Shown here: positions 48,954 to 61,175 of the stretch, piece after piece | Position numbering within the stretch: the first letter of the stretch is position 1 | How the letters are laid out: every line of letters begins with the position of its first letter | Translations under genes and position numbers: made by a program | The notes under the pieces: model-generated | What the model saw: only the letters and a program-made list of their open reading frames with translations | What the model was told of the DNA's origin: nothing | Databases searched by the model: none | DNA from: Piromyces finnis finn | Taxonomy: Eukaryota; Fungi; Neocallimastigomycota | DNA length: 64,000 nt | Assembly (NCBI GenBank): GCA_002104945.1 | Contig: MCFH01000053.1 | Coordinates: 326,967-390,966, forward strand | Reading direction: 5' to 3'

Positions 48954-49504
48954 TTATAATTTTATTTCTTTTAATAAAAGGTATTTATATGTGTAGGAAT
49001 AATATTTTATTTTATCTTTATAGTTATTACTATTTTCTTTCTTAAATATTTATAATTTTCTTTTTATTTTCCTTTTTTTTTCTTTATCATTAAAAAAATT
49101 GAAATTTTTTTATATACTTTTAAAATTTATTATTAATTATGGGTATATAATATTTAATAAAAATATATTTTTATATATCTTTATTTAAAATTAAATATAA
49201 AAACTATTTTTTTTTAAATAGTATAACCGTTTATTAAATAATATCTATCTATCTATATTTTTTTTTCAAATGGTTTATTTTTGTTTTTTTTCCTCTATTA
49301 AATCTAGATTCATTATCAAAATGATAAGGAAAAATTAGTTTCTTACGTAGGACAAAATGAGAAATTTCTCTTTTTTTTTTTTTTTCTTCTTTAAAAAAAT
49401 TTATATGATTAATAAATATATATATATATAATATTTTAAAATTTTATAATTAATAATTTTCCAATTATTAAAATTAAAAAAAATTTTTTTTTTTGGGTTC
49501 AACT

Positions 49505-49721
49505 TGTTAGAATATGTGAAACGTTATGTCACATGTATTCAAATGTATTGAAATGTATTAAAACGTATTTGTATATATTGTATTTGATTATATGTTTAAG
49601 CCACAATGTAAATGTATAAATACATGTAGTTTGAGAAGAATGTAACGCAAGTAGTTCTTTATCATAAAATATATTAATAAAGTTGACATAATTATAAACC
49701 TAAATTAAACAACTCTTAATA
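49505..49721 (+). repeat. 5' LTR
   Basis: TGTTAGAATATG...CAACTCTTAATA, 217 bp. Confidence 0.95.
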
Positions 49722-50688
49722 GATTAAGAGTCTCAAGACTCTCAAGAGAGAATCTCATTAATTCTCAAATGATTCTCTGAAAGATGAATCAAACCGCCGG
49801 ATATGACATTTTGTCATAGGAGAAAACTGTAGGAAATTCTAACTATCAGAACTAAATTATTTAATCTGAAATTTTCTATGTTTGATAAAATTATCTTGAG
49901 ATCTAAAATTTATTTGTCAAAGAACTCACTTCTGACAAGAAAATAGTTAAAATATAATTTAGGAAGATATAAAGTTTATTATATAGCATGAAGATTATTC
50001 AACTTGATATTGATCTACTCATTATGTCAATTTACATACAATAACATTAAATATCCATATATCCAGTTATTAAAATATCCATTCACAAATATTCATGAAC
50101 ACATAATTACATATATTTACCAATATTTCATCTTATTTTCAAAAGAACTAGTTTTATTAACATTCATAAAATAGCATTATTGTTATTGAAAGTATAGCAT
50201 ACATATTTATTTCAAGTAAATAAATTGTTTGTGAAATATTCAAATACTTTAACTACTACTATTTTAATGAGAAAATATTCTTTCCGCCATAGAGGAAAGA
50301 TAGAACATAAAGAAAATACATAAAATTTATACAATTAGAAACATGAATTAGAATAATTAAACATTATTTGATAAGTTTGTATAAAATATCCTATTGTAAT
50401 GAAATTATGCAATGAACATTGAAACTATCCTTGTGAAAATGTCAATCAATTTCTTTATGATAATTTCACTCAAATCAGTATTATATAATTTAATCCAGTA
50501 TACTATTCTTTGAATTAAATCATTATAACAATACTTTAAGATAATATTTAGCCTCAAAAGCATTATTTAAATTATTGCTACCTATAAAGCAAATATATTA
50601 CTGGTCAAATGCTCATCCCGTAGGCTGTTATTGCTAATATACATAGCAAATATTTCAAATGAGGTAATTTATTAAAGTTAGAAATGCT

Positions 50689-50812
50689 TAGCGTGAAATG
50701 AGCATATTCTACATATATATATACTTTGAATAACCTAGCGTGAAATGGGTATATTCAATAATATTTTAACAACTTATCATGATTTAACTTAGCGTGAAAT
50801 GAGTTATATTCA
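50689..50812 (+). repeat. Three spaced copies of TAGCGTGAAATG(A/G)G..ATATTC inside the LTR element
   Basis: Copies start at 50689, 50736 and 50790. Confidence 0.85.
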
Positions 50813-51904
50813 TAGATAATTATTAATGATGGTTTTAGACCTATATATATTTAATTTGGTCCCATCAATAACAATGTAGTACCTTCATAGTAAGGGCTCC
50901 TTAGATTTAGATGACATTGATTCATCATATTTATTTATTACCAACATTCAAGAATGTTGTGACGCCGTTTTAAAATATAATTTACGGTGATTTAGTAACC
51001 TCATATATAAATCGCCACTTTCAACGTAGTGAGTGATCGCCGACCAATTAGCTGACATTCTAATTAACCGAGCCGACTTCGATATAATTTAGAAGAACTT
51101 TATTCTCTTCAACAATCGATATTTTAAATGTCATTATCTTACAATATTAACTTGTTATAATTTTACTGGTATATCTACTTATTTTAATTTGAAGTAAAGA
51201 AATACATAATTGAGGAATATTTTATTCATTAGTTTGATATTCTATGATTATCACTACATTAAAATATATTATCATGAAAATATTATTTCACTATATTTTA
51301 AAGGATAAGCAATTGAGAAAAATGAATGAAAACATTAGAATATGTTATTTATTATTTATATAGGTATTAATACTTATCGTATATGTTATGGAAAATTATT
51401 CATTATTATGAAAATTTGATGCAAAATGAATGAAATTTTATGAAATTTAAATTTCTCTTTTTCAAATCTAAGTATTTATTACTAAACATCTAGATTTGAG
51501 GGGGAAGTAGTGAATATACGAAATTTAAAATTCAAGATAATAATTTTTGTTTCTAGTTAAACATTGGAAATAACTAAAACATTGCATAGAAACTAAGGCT
51601 TAATAAATAGAATGAATTGAAATTCAAATTGTAAAAATTTATAAGATTCAATATGTAAAAATGAAAAGAACAAAATTTCAAATATAAAGTAAAATATTCT
51701 TAAATATTATAAGAATAATTAATCAATACAAAAGGCATAAAAGGAAGGAAAAACACCTAAAAGAAAATGTTAAAATTCAATATACATAAACTAAATAACT
51801 ATTAAGAATTTAATTAAAATTTTACCATTATTAATTAGTATTTACAAATAGATTGAAATACAATTATGCTAATATTCTAAAGAAAATTGTAATTATAAGG
51901 ACAT

Positions 51905-52110
51905 AAAACCAGTTATCCATAGGTTGTCCGAAGAACGTAAAACCAAGAAGATTAACCATAGGTTGTTAAGAGAACGTAAAACCAAAAAGAGTTATCCATA
52001 TGTGTTGTCCGAAGGACGTAAAATCAAAGAGATAAACCATGTGTTGTCTATAATTCTGTGTAAATCTCAGAGAGATTACCAATATAGTTTATAGGATAAT
52101 GTAAAACCGG
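51905..52110 (+). repeat. Degenerate tandem repeat (34-42 bp units, about 5 copies) in the 3' interior of the LTR element
   Basis: Units of the form AAAACC...T(T/A)A(T/A)CCATA..GTTGTCCGAAG(A/G)ACGT, diverging rightwards. Confidence 0.8.
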
Positions 52111-52419
52111 AAGGGTTTTCAATCCTTAATGGATGGTATAACAATTTATGAATATCCAATCCAAATTTTAAACTTTAATACTACCAAATTATACAAAGGT
52201 TTTCAGTTTATCCATAAAAACGAAGTTATAGGGTAATATTTAAATTCTTTAAAGCAATTAGTGAATAATATATGTGAAATATTTTAAATTCCAGTTAATG
52301 AAATATAAAAATTTTAAACATTGGATTTAGTTTATAGTTAATAGTTTAGAAATAATAAAATGCACATATTCACCAGCAAACCAAATTTTACTTAGTAGAA
52401 AATTAGGTTTGAGGGGGAA

Positions 52420-52636
52420 TGTTAGAATATGTGAAACGTTATGTCACATGTATTCAAATGTATTGAAATGTATTAAAACGTATTTGTATATATTGTATTT
52501 GATTATATATTTAAGCCACAATGTAAATGTATAAATACATGTAGTTTGAGAAGAATGTAACGCAAGTAGTTCTTTATCATAAAATATATTAATAAAGTTG
52601 ACATAATTATAAACCTAAATTAAACAACTCTTAATA
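52420..52636 (+). repeat. 3' LTR
   Basis: Identical to the 5' LTR except GATTATATGTTT versus GATTATATATTT; preceded by the PPT. Confidence 0.95.
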
Positions 52637-53367
52637 CAACTATTACAATTCTTTAAAAATATTAATTTATTATAATTTGATAATAATTAATAAAAATGGT
52701 AAAGTTTATAAACTTTATTTTATAATATTTAATATTTTTTTTTAAAATTTTGAATGTTAAAGAATTAGAAAAAATAAGATTAACACTATAATATTTTCAA
52801 CTATTTCATAATAATATTAATGAAAGATGTAAAATGGTGTTAAATATTATATTTTATTAAAAATGAAACTATTATTTTATAAATCATAATACTTCTCTTT
52901 GTCAAAAAAAAAAAAAATATATATTGAACTTTTTTTTTACACCATTTATTATAAATTAAGATTACAAAAATAGTAATAATTTAAATTGTTTTAGATTTTT
53001 ATTCATTTTAATTTCCACTGTTACACAATATACTCTTTTTTAAATTAAAAAATAGATGAATAGAAAAAGAAAAGAAAATAAATTAACATAATAAATAACA
53101 ATATTAATAAAAAAAGAAATTAATTTTTTTTCCTATTATTAATATATTTTACATATTTTACAATGTTTATTTTAAATATTTAATAAAATATACATTTATC
53201 TTCATGTTAATAAAAACAATTAATCTATATTTTTTTTAAAACTTCATTAAAATATATATATATAAATAAAATAAATAAAAAAAAAAAAGTGACATTTAGT
53301 GTAGAGAAAATAAATGAAAATAAATAAATAAATGAAAAAAAAAAAAAAGCTATTTTACTTTTTTTTT

Positions 53368-56260
53368 TTAATTAATAGTATTGGCGATATGCTTTTCATT
53401 TTGTTTTAATAGAATTGGATAAAGAGAATAGTACATTAATTCAACTACTTCATCAACTGCACTATCATAAATTCCAACAGTTGGGAAAGTACATATTTCA
53501 TTAAAAATATTTTTTATTGTTCTATTGGTAATATTTACTACTGCAGGGCCGTTATAATCAATAAACCTAATTAATAATAATAAATAAAATTAAATTAATA
53601 ATTTATACATTTTTGAATATATTCTAAAAAGTTGATATATATATAAAAAAAAAAAAAAAAAATAGTATAATTTACATATGATAAAATGAAGTATAATATG
53701 GCATAATTTCTTTAGGAACTGGCATATTTGCATCATAGGAGAAATCATCAATAGAAGGTATAGAATAGCCTTGAATTTGTTGATAATATCCTTCAAAATC
53801 ATATTCAGATATCAAATCTTCATTTCCCAAATCCTTTGCTTTTTTAGATTCCATCTGATAACGATATACCATTTTTTTTAATATTTGATAATTTTCCCAA
53901 AATAAAACATTTTCAACAGAAAATTCTTTAATAGCAATATCTCTTAATTCATTAACCAAAGAAGGGGTACTTAATACTTTATAAAAGTATTGAATAGAAT
54001 TCATTGGCTGTAAATAATTTATAACAATTGGTAAAAATTAAAAGGAAAATATGGAGTTATATAAAATAATAATGAGAAGTTATTACTTTTTTTTTTTTAA
54101 CATATTATATATATATACATACATCTTGGAAGTACTTATTCCTTAAAGTTTTTGCTTTATAATAAACGATAACTGGTAGAGAAATGGATACAAAAAACAT
54201 ATAAACTGTAATAATGGTAAAAACCATTTTTCCACCTTTAGTTATTTCAAATATATTTAAGAAAAATTTTGTAGGTCCTTCAATATCATTTGTTTTTTTT
54301 GTCTTTATTTGAAGAATAATATTAAAAATACTACATAAAAAGATAATAATTGATACACTTAAACATTCAAACTTTATTGGTTTAAAAAAAAAAAAAAAAA
54401 AAAAAAAAGCAAATTATAAAAAGGATTATTAGTATAGGAAGACTATTGAATTATTTTACATTTATATATTTAAATAAAATATTGTAATTTTTTTTTTTTT
54501 TGTATTATCGATTTTATTTGAAAATTTATTAATTTACCTTTAATCCATATTTATTAGTATCTTTAACAAAAATAAGAGCAATAGATGCTACAAAATTTGA
54601 GACCATAAATATTCCTCCAAATATTATAACTACATTATATATTCTTTCTGCTTTATTTTCTTTTAAGCTCTTTAACGAATCTTCTGCTTTAAATAATCTA
54701 ATATATATAGAATAGAATATTGAAAATTATATTTAATAAGATTCTTTATATATATATTTTAATAATATACTTAAAATTTATTTACGGGCATTTTTCACTC
54801 ATATTTTCATAATCAGTAACATAAAGGACAACAGTAAGAATGACTGCTATTAACTATTCATCATTTAATCAGCAATAATTAAATTATATTTTTATTAATT
54901 TAAAAATTTTTAACAAAGAATATTTAATAAATAATAAATATTATCATTATATATACAATTAAATATATAGAATAATAAGAATTTATAATTTTTAATAAGA
55001 ATTTTATATATTAATAAAATGCTTATTAAAAAAGAAAAAATTATTATCATGGAATTAAAACTTTTATACTTACAGTTGGTATAGCAATTAATGAAATAAT
55101 AATATAATTTATTCGCTTTGACATCTTTAATAAATAGTAATTTGGTTCATTAATATTGTCATGATATTTATTATTTTTCTTTTTCTTTTTATTAATTGCT
55201 GATACTATTTTATAATTATATGAAAAAATAAAAGTTAAAAATTGAAGATAATTATATATATATAAAGGATAAAGGATTAAGGAAATATTACCTTTAAATA
55301 AATTTAAATGGTAGTATAATATGACACGAAGACTGCGCATTAAAAAACTGCATTTAGATATATAAAGATATTTATTGCTTATTATTTAATATTTTTTTTT
55401 TATTTAATTATTTTATATAAATTCTAATTACACTTACATTGAATTAACAAAGGTATTAAGAATATTTGCTGAAAAAGCCGTTACTATAATAATTATAATA
55501 ATAAATAAATATTTTAATTTAAATAATAGATTATAATATTAAATGTATTTTTGGTTTTCTTTCTATCTTACAGGAACATGTTACAGGAATTAATTGAGGA
55601 AGCTATTTACAATAATTAAATTATACTATATATTAGAATCTAATGTATTATTATTTTTTCTACAATTCACATATCAACCATTTAATATACATACAAAACC
55701 GATAATAATATTAATATAAGAGGCAATACCACCAATAAAGGTTAACATGAAATGTCTTTGACGAATGTTATATGAATTTCTCAATTTATAAAATCTAATT
55801 TAATTTCAATTTTTTTTTTTTTTTTTTAATATATGAAAAATATAGTAGAAAATTAATAAAAATAAAAATATTATAGATGTATAAACTTTAAAATATTTAC
55901 AAATATAACGAAGCTATTCCATAAAATATAAATATCCATAATAAAATTTTATATAGTGTTCTTTCAAATCGGTGGTCCTCGTTATCGAGAAATCCTCTTT
56001 CTAAATATTGATTATATTCTTCAGACGTTGCCTGATTAAAATCAAAAAATTCTCTCTATATATTATCGTCATTTAATTTGATATTAAAGGTAATAAACAA
56101 TTAATATGAAAATGTATGTATATATTAATTATTTATTTATTTCTTATCATTACTCTATTTATTATTATTACTATAAATTTTTATAACTATAAAAAAAAAA
56201 ATACATATTTTTATTATAAAACTTTATCATTATAAAAAAAATACAAACTTTTTCTATCAT
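53368..56260 (-). CDS. 7TM-RGS receptor, array copy 5
   Basis: MIEK micro-exon (56249-56260), NIRQRHFMLTFIGG, TKGGKMVFTI, LRDIAIKEFSVENVLFWENY, AVVNLP, IYDSAVDEVVELMYYSLYPILL. Stop at 53368. Confidence 0.85.
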
Positions 56261-57164
56261 TATTATGGTGATGTTGTAATAATAAATAGTTGTTAAAGTT
56301 AATTTAGATATAAAGTAAATTTAGTGTGAAAAAGAAATATTTTAAAAAATAATTTTATTGTATATCTCTTATATTGTAAATGGTTTATTGTATATTATTA
56401 TTCATATTAATTATTTAAAAAAAATATTGTTCATTGTTCTTTTTTTGATTTTTCTTTTTTTTATAAAATCTTTTTTAAAGCAATGTTTATTGTAGAATGA
56501 ATAAAATAAAAAAAAAGATAATATTGAATAATAATAAATATTATTATTATTATTATTATTATTATTATGAATAAAAAACCATATATTTATTCTAATTAAA
56601 TTATTCTTTTTTTAAAAAAAAAAAACTTTAAATAATATTAAAATTAATTATATTTAATATATATTAAAATTTAATTATTATTCAAAAAAAAAATTCTTAA
56701 AAAAAATTTACTTTCTTTATCCTTTTTATATGATTTTTTTTTTTAATTTATTGATATTATTCTATTTGTATACAATTTAATGATATTATATATTAATTTT
56801 TTTTTTAATTTTTATTTTATTTGGTTGTGATTTAATATATTTTTGGTAACAAAAATATTGTATATAAGTATTAATAAATTATGGGAAATAATCCATAATA
56901 GCTATGATGATATTATTGTAAAAAAAAAAAAAAGAAAAATAAAAAAGAAAAACACAATAACTTTAACAAGAATAGTATTTAATCTTTAACAATTAATTAT
57001 TAATTAAAATAATAATAGAATAAAAATTCAAGGTATTTTTATCCTTTTTTTTTTTAATAAAACGTAAACACCACATGTTAAAGCAAAAATAGGTATTAAA
57101 ACTTTTTTTTCTAAAATTCTTTATAGTTTTTATGAAACAATCTACATTTTCTTTTTCTTTTTTT

Positions 57165-57196
<32 letters not shown>

Positions 57197-57373
57197 TAGT
57201 ATTAAATTATTATTGGAAATAAAATTTTAATAAATTTTTATTATTAATCAATAAAACAATCTGATGCAAATTTTAAATATAAAAAAAAAAAAAAGTAAAT
57301 AAATGTATACCAAAATAAATTTAATATAAAAAAAAATTATTTATCTCTAACAATATACAATATGCATTATATA

Positions 57374-57590
57374 TATTAAGAGTTGTTTAATTTAGGTTTA
57401 TAATTATGTCAACTTTATTAATATATTTTATGATAAAGAACTACTTGCGTTACATTCTTCTCAAACTACATGTATTTATACATTTACATTGTGGCTTAAA
57501 CATATAATTAAATACAATATATACAAATACGTTTTAATATATTTCAATACATTTGAATACATGTGACATAACGTTTCACATATTCTAACA
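57374..57590 (-). mobile_element. Solo LTR of the same family, in inverted orientation
   Basis: Reverse complement of the 217-bp LTR with 2 differences from the 5' LTR, flanked by a 5-bp direct repeat ATATA (57369-57373, 57591-57595). Confidence 0.92.
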
Positions 57591-58477
57591 ATATATAATA
57601 GTATATACATTATATATATAATTTAATAGATGATATAAAATAAATTAAAAAAAAAAAGGTAAATCCGCAAATCTTTTAAATTTTATTATCAATTAGAATT
57701 TTTAATTATCTTTTGTAAAACATTATTAATATAACGATTAAACATAATGATAAATTTTATATTCTATACACTAAAAATGTTTGATAAAAATTAAAAAAAT
57801 TTTTATTTTTCAGTTTAAATCTTATTATTTAAAGAATTTTGGTTATAGAATTCCTCTTTTTCTTTTCTTTTTTTTTTTTTTATTTATTATTTTATCACAT
57901 TTATTTTAAATAATATAAAAAAAAAAGGAAAATAAAATATATATATAATTAAATAGTTTATATTTATTTATTAAAAAAAGAAAAAGAGATAATAATTCTT
58001 TTTTAATATTTAATATGCGGATTTTTTGTTACACAAAGTATCATAAAAATAAATCCTTTTTAGGTGAATACCAATAATTTATTGTATATGTATCATTTCG
58101 ATTATAATAAAAAAATAATTATTTTAAAATGATTAAAGGTACTTTTTACTATTTTTTAATCTTTTTATTATTATTATTATTTTTCTTTTCTTTCTTTTTT
58201 TTTTTTTTTACATTATATTCATGGATATATTAATGAATATATAATAAAAAGAAATTAAATATTAAAAAATAATAATCTTTTCTTAATTTATTTATAATAA
58301 TAAATTTATCTAATTAAAGACTTCTATTAATTTTTAAAAAAAAAAAAAAAAAGATTTTTCATAATTAAAAAAAAATTTCTATTTTAGTTTGTAAATTTTA
58401 AATGATAAAATATGACTTTTGTATGTATATATATATTATGTAAATAAATGCGATAAACGAAATTTGAATAAATTATG

Positions 58478-61064
58478 TTAACCAAGGGTTTTAGTTAAAT
58501 GTTTACCATCTTTTCTTAAAAGAATTGGATAAATTGATGAATACATCATTTCAACAACTTCATTTTTAGCTGTATCATATATACCAATCGTAGGATAAGT
58601 ACAAATCTCATTAAATATACGTTCTACTGTAGATCCTGGAAGATTGACTACTGCAGGTCCATTAAAATCAATAAACCTGTAAACATATTTATAATTAATA
58701 AATTAAATAATGAGTCAATTAACAATATATTATGGTAATAAATTATATTATGTGAAACTTTACATATGATAGAATGCAGTATAATATGGCATAATTTCTA
58801 TCGGAACTGGCATATTTGGATCATAAGAATATTCGTTCATTGAGGAAGAGGAGGAAGAGTTTTGTTGCTGTATTTTTTGATAATATCCTTCGAAATCATA
58901 TTGAGCAACTAAATGTTCATCACCCATTTCCATAGCCTTTTTAAATTCAACTTGATAACGATATACCATTTTTTGTAATATTTGATAGTTTTCCCAAAAT
59001 AAAACATTTTCAACTGAAAATTCTTTAATGGCGATAGATTTTAAATCATTTACTAATGATGCTGTATTTAATACTTTATAGAAATATTGTATGGAACCAG
59101 AAGGCTATATTTAATTAATTTTGTTTTTTTAAAAAAAGGAAGATTAATAAAATACTATTATAAATAACAAATTAATATTAATTTATATTTTTCTTACATA
59201 TTCAATATTATTTTCATCTTGGAAATAGCTGTTTTTATTAAATCTAGCCTTATAATAATGGATGACTGGTAATGAGATTGATACAAATAACATATATACT
59301 TGAACGATCGTAAATAATATTTTTCCACCTTTAGTTTTTTCAAAAAAGGCTAAAAATGCTTTATATTTTTTTTCATTTTTTACTAAATTTCCTGCATCAC
59401 TTTCTGTGCTACCAAATATTTGTACAACAATATTAATTATATTGAATACGATAACCATAATAGATACACTCATGCACTCAAACTATTTATATATATTGTG
59501 TAAAATATGATTCCTATTAATATTTTTATTTATCTTTTAAATTTTATTCTGTATTTATTATTTACCTTTATTCCATATTTATTAGCATCTTTAACAAAAT
59601 ATAGTCCAATGGTATTAATAAAACTTAATACAAAAAATAAAATTCCGTAAAACACAACAACTCTAAATAATTCTTTTCCTGTGTTATGTTTTAAAGCAAG
59701 CATTGCATCACTTCTTTCATAATTTCCAAATAAACTTTTATATATATAATTTTAATATTTCATTACTTTTGCCATTATTATTTATTTACTATTATATTAC
59801 ATAAATTAAATTATTATACTTACGGGCAATCATTTTTTAATTTTTCATGATATTTAAAGTATATTACAAGTGTTGCAAATATGGCTATTAACTATTTTAT
59901 ATATAATTATTTTTAAAATTAACATTTGCCATTGAATATTTCTTTTTTTATATTAATAATTCTTAAATTATTTAAATTTACCACTGGGATTACAACAATC
60001 ATAAACAATAATTTATTTATTCTTCTGTTGATTTTTGGTAAATAACTATTTGGTTCTATTGATGCATCATATGTTCCTTTTATTTTCTTATTATTAATTG
60101 ATGATACTTCAAATTTATAAAAGTTAATAAATGGTACTTTTTTTTGTTTTTATCTTAATTTTATAAATATATATACCTTTATATATGTTGAAATGATAAT
60201 TGAATATTACACGGTAACTTCTTGTTAAAAATCTAATTATATTTATATAATAAATATTAAATTTTTAATATTAAAATATTTTTGTTTAATTTAAATATAA
60301 ATTTAATAACTTACATGAAATTAACAGCAACATTAATTACATTTGCTGAAAATAATGTAACTATATTATATAATAAATTAAAAAATTATTATTATTATTT
60401 AAACTCTAAATAATATTAAATGTTTTTTTTAATAATTTATTTTTTATTTTAGTCTTACATGCACAAGGAACTTCAGTTATTTGAGGTATCTATTTTTCGA
60501 TAAATAATAAATTGATTAATTACTATATTCCAAAAGTAATAAAATTAATTATATTTTTTATCGCTTACAAATCCAAATATAATGTTTATAAGAGTTAATA
60601 TACCACCAGAAAACGTTAATGAAAATCCCCTTTGACGAATGATATAAGATTCTCTTAATAAGTAAAAACTAATAAATTTAAAATAGTAACAAAGGAAAAA
60701 AAAAAAAAATTAATTTTTATTTCAGTATTCAATATCTTATATATTTATATATAAAAATAGATTTGAACTACATACAATGTTAAAGATGTTATACCATAAA
60801 TTAAAAATATAATAAATAGTATAATATATATAATTCTTTCTACATTATTTTCAGGAGTTAAAAATCCATCATTTAAATATGCGTTTAATTCATTTTCATC
60901 ATTAACTAATTCAAATTTAAAAATATCTGAAAAATTGTAATAACGCTTTTATATATATATATTATTATTAGTTTAGTTTAATATAAATAATTTTTAAATT
61001 TATTAATTGCTTTTTTAAAGTATTTAAAATTTATTAAATTACTTACATTATTTAAATGATTCAT
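58478..61064 (-). CDS. 7TM-RGS receptor, array copy 6
   Basis: First exon MNHLNN splices in frame to RYYNFSDIFK, then IIRQRGFSLTFSGG, TKGGKILFTIV, KEFSVENVLFWENY, AVVNLP, IYDTAKNEVVEMMYSSIYPILL. Stop at 58478. Confidence 0.85.
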
Positions 61065-61143
61065 TTTTTATATAAGTACTTTATATTTCTACCAATATCT
61101 TTATTTCCTTAATGAAGAATTTTTAATTATCTTTTTTATGATT

Positions 61144-61175
<32 letters not shown>

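Larger units (their letters stand above)
49505..52636 (+). mobile_element. Non-autonomous, Copia-like LTR retrotransposon (3132 bp) with a decayed interior
   Basis: 217-bp direct LTRs (49505-49721, 52420-52636) differ at one base. A 5-bp TSD CAACT lies on both sides (49500-49504, 52637-52641). The PPT TTTGAGGGGGAA is immediately before the 3' LTR. There is a stop-riddled gag-like start at 49784 (EKTVGNSNYQN*II*), an ADQLADIL motif near 51036-51062, and no long ORF. Confidence 0.9.

Noticed and set aside
50689-50812. CRISPR-like repeat-spacer arrangement
   Set aside because: Only three imperfect 21-nt repeats, no cas genes, and a eukaryotic context inside an LTR element.
51905-52110. CRISPR array
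   Set aside because: The units are degenerate tandem copies without unique spacers.
49505-52636. Autonomous retrotransposon with gag-pol
   Set aside because: No ORF of 60 aa or more in the supplied track; only stop-interrupted traces.
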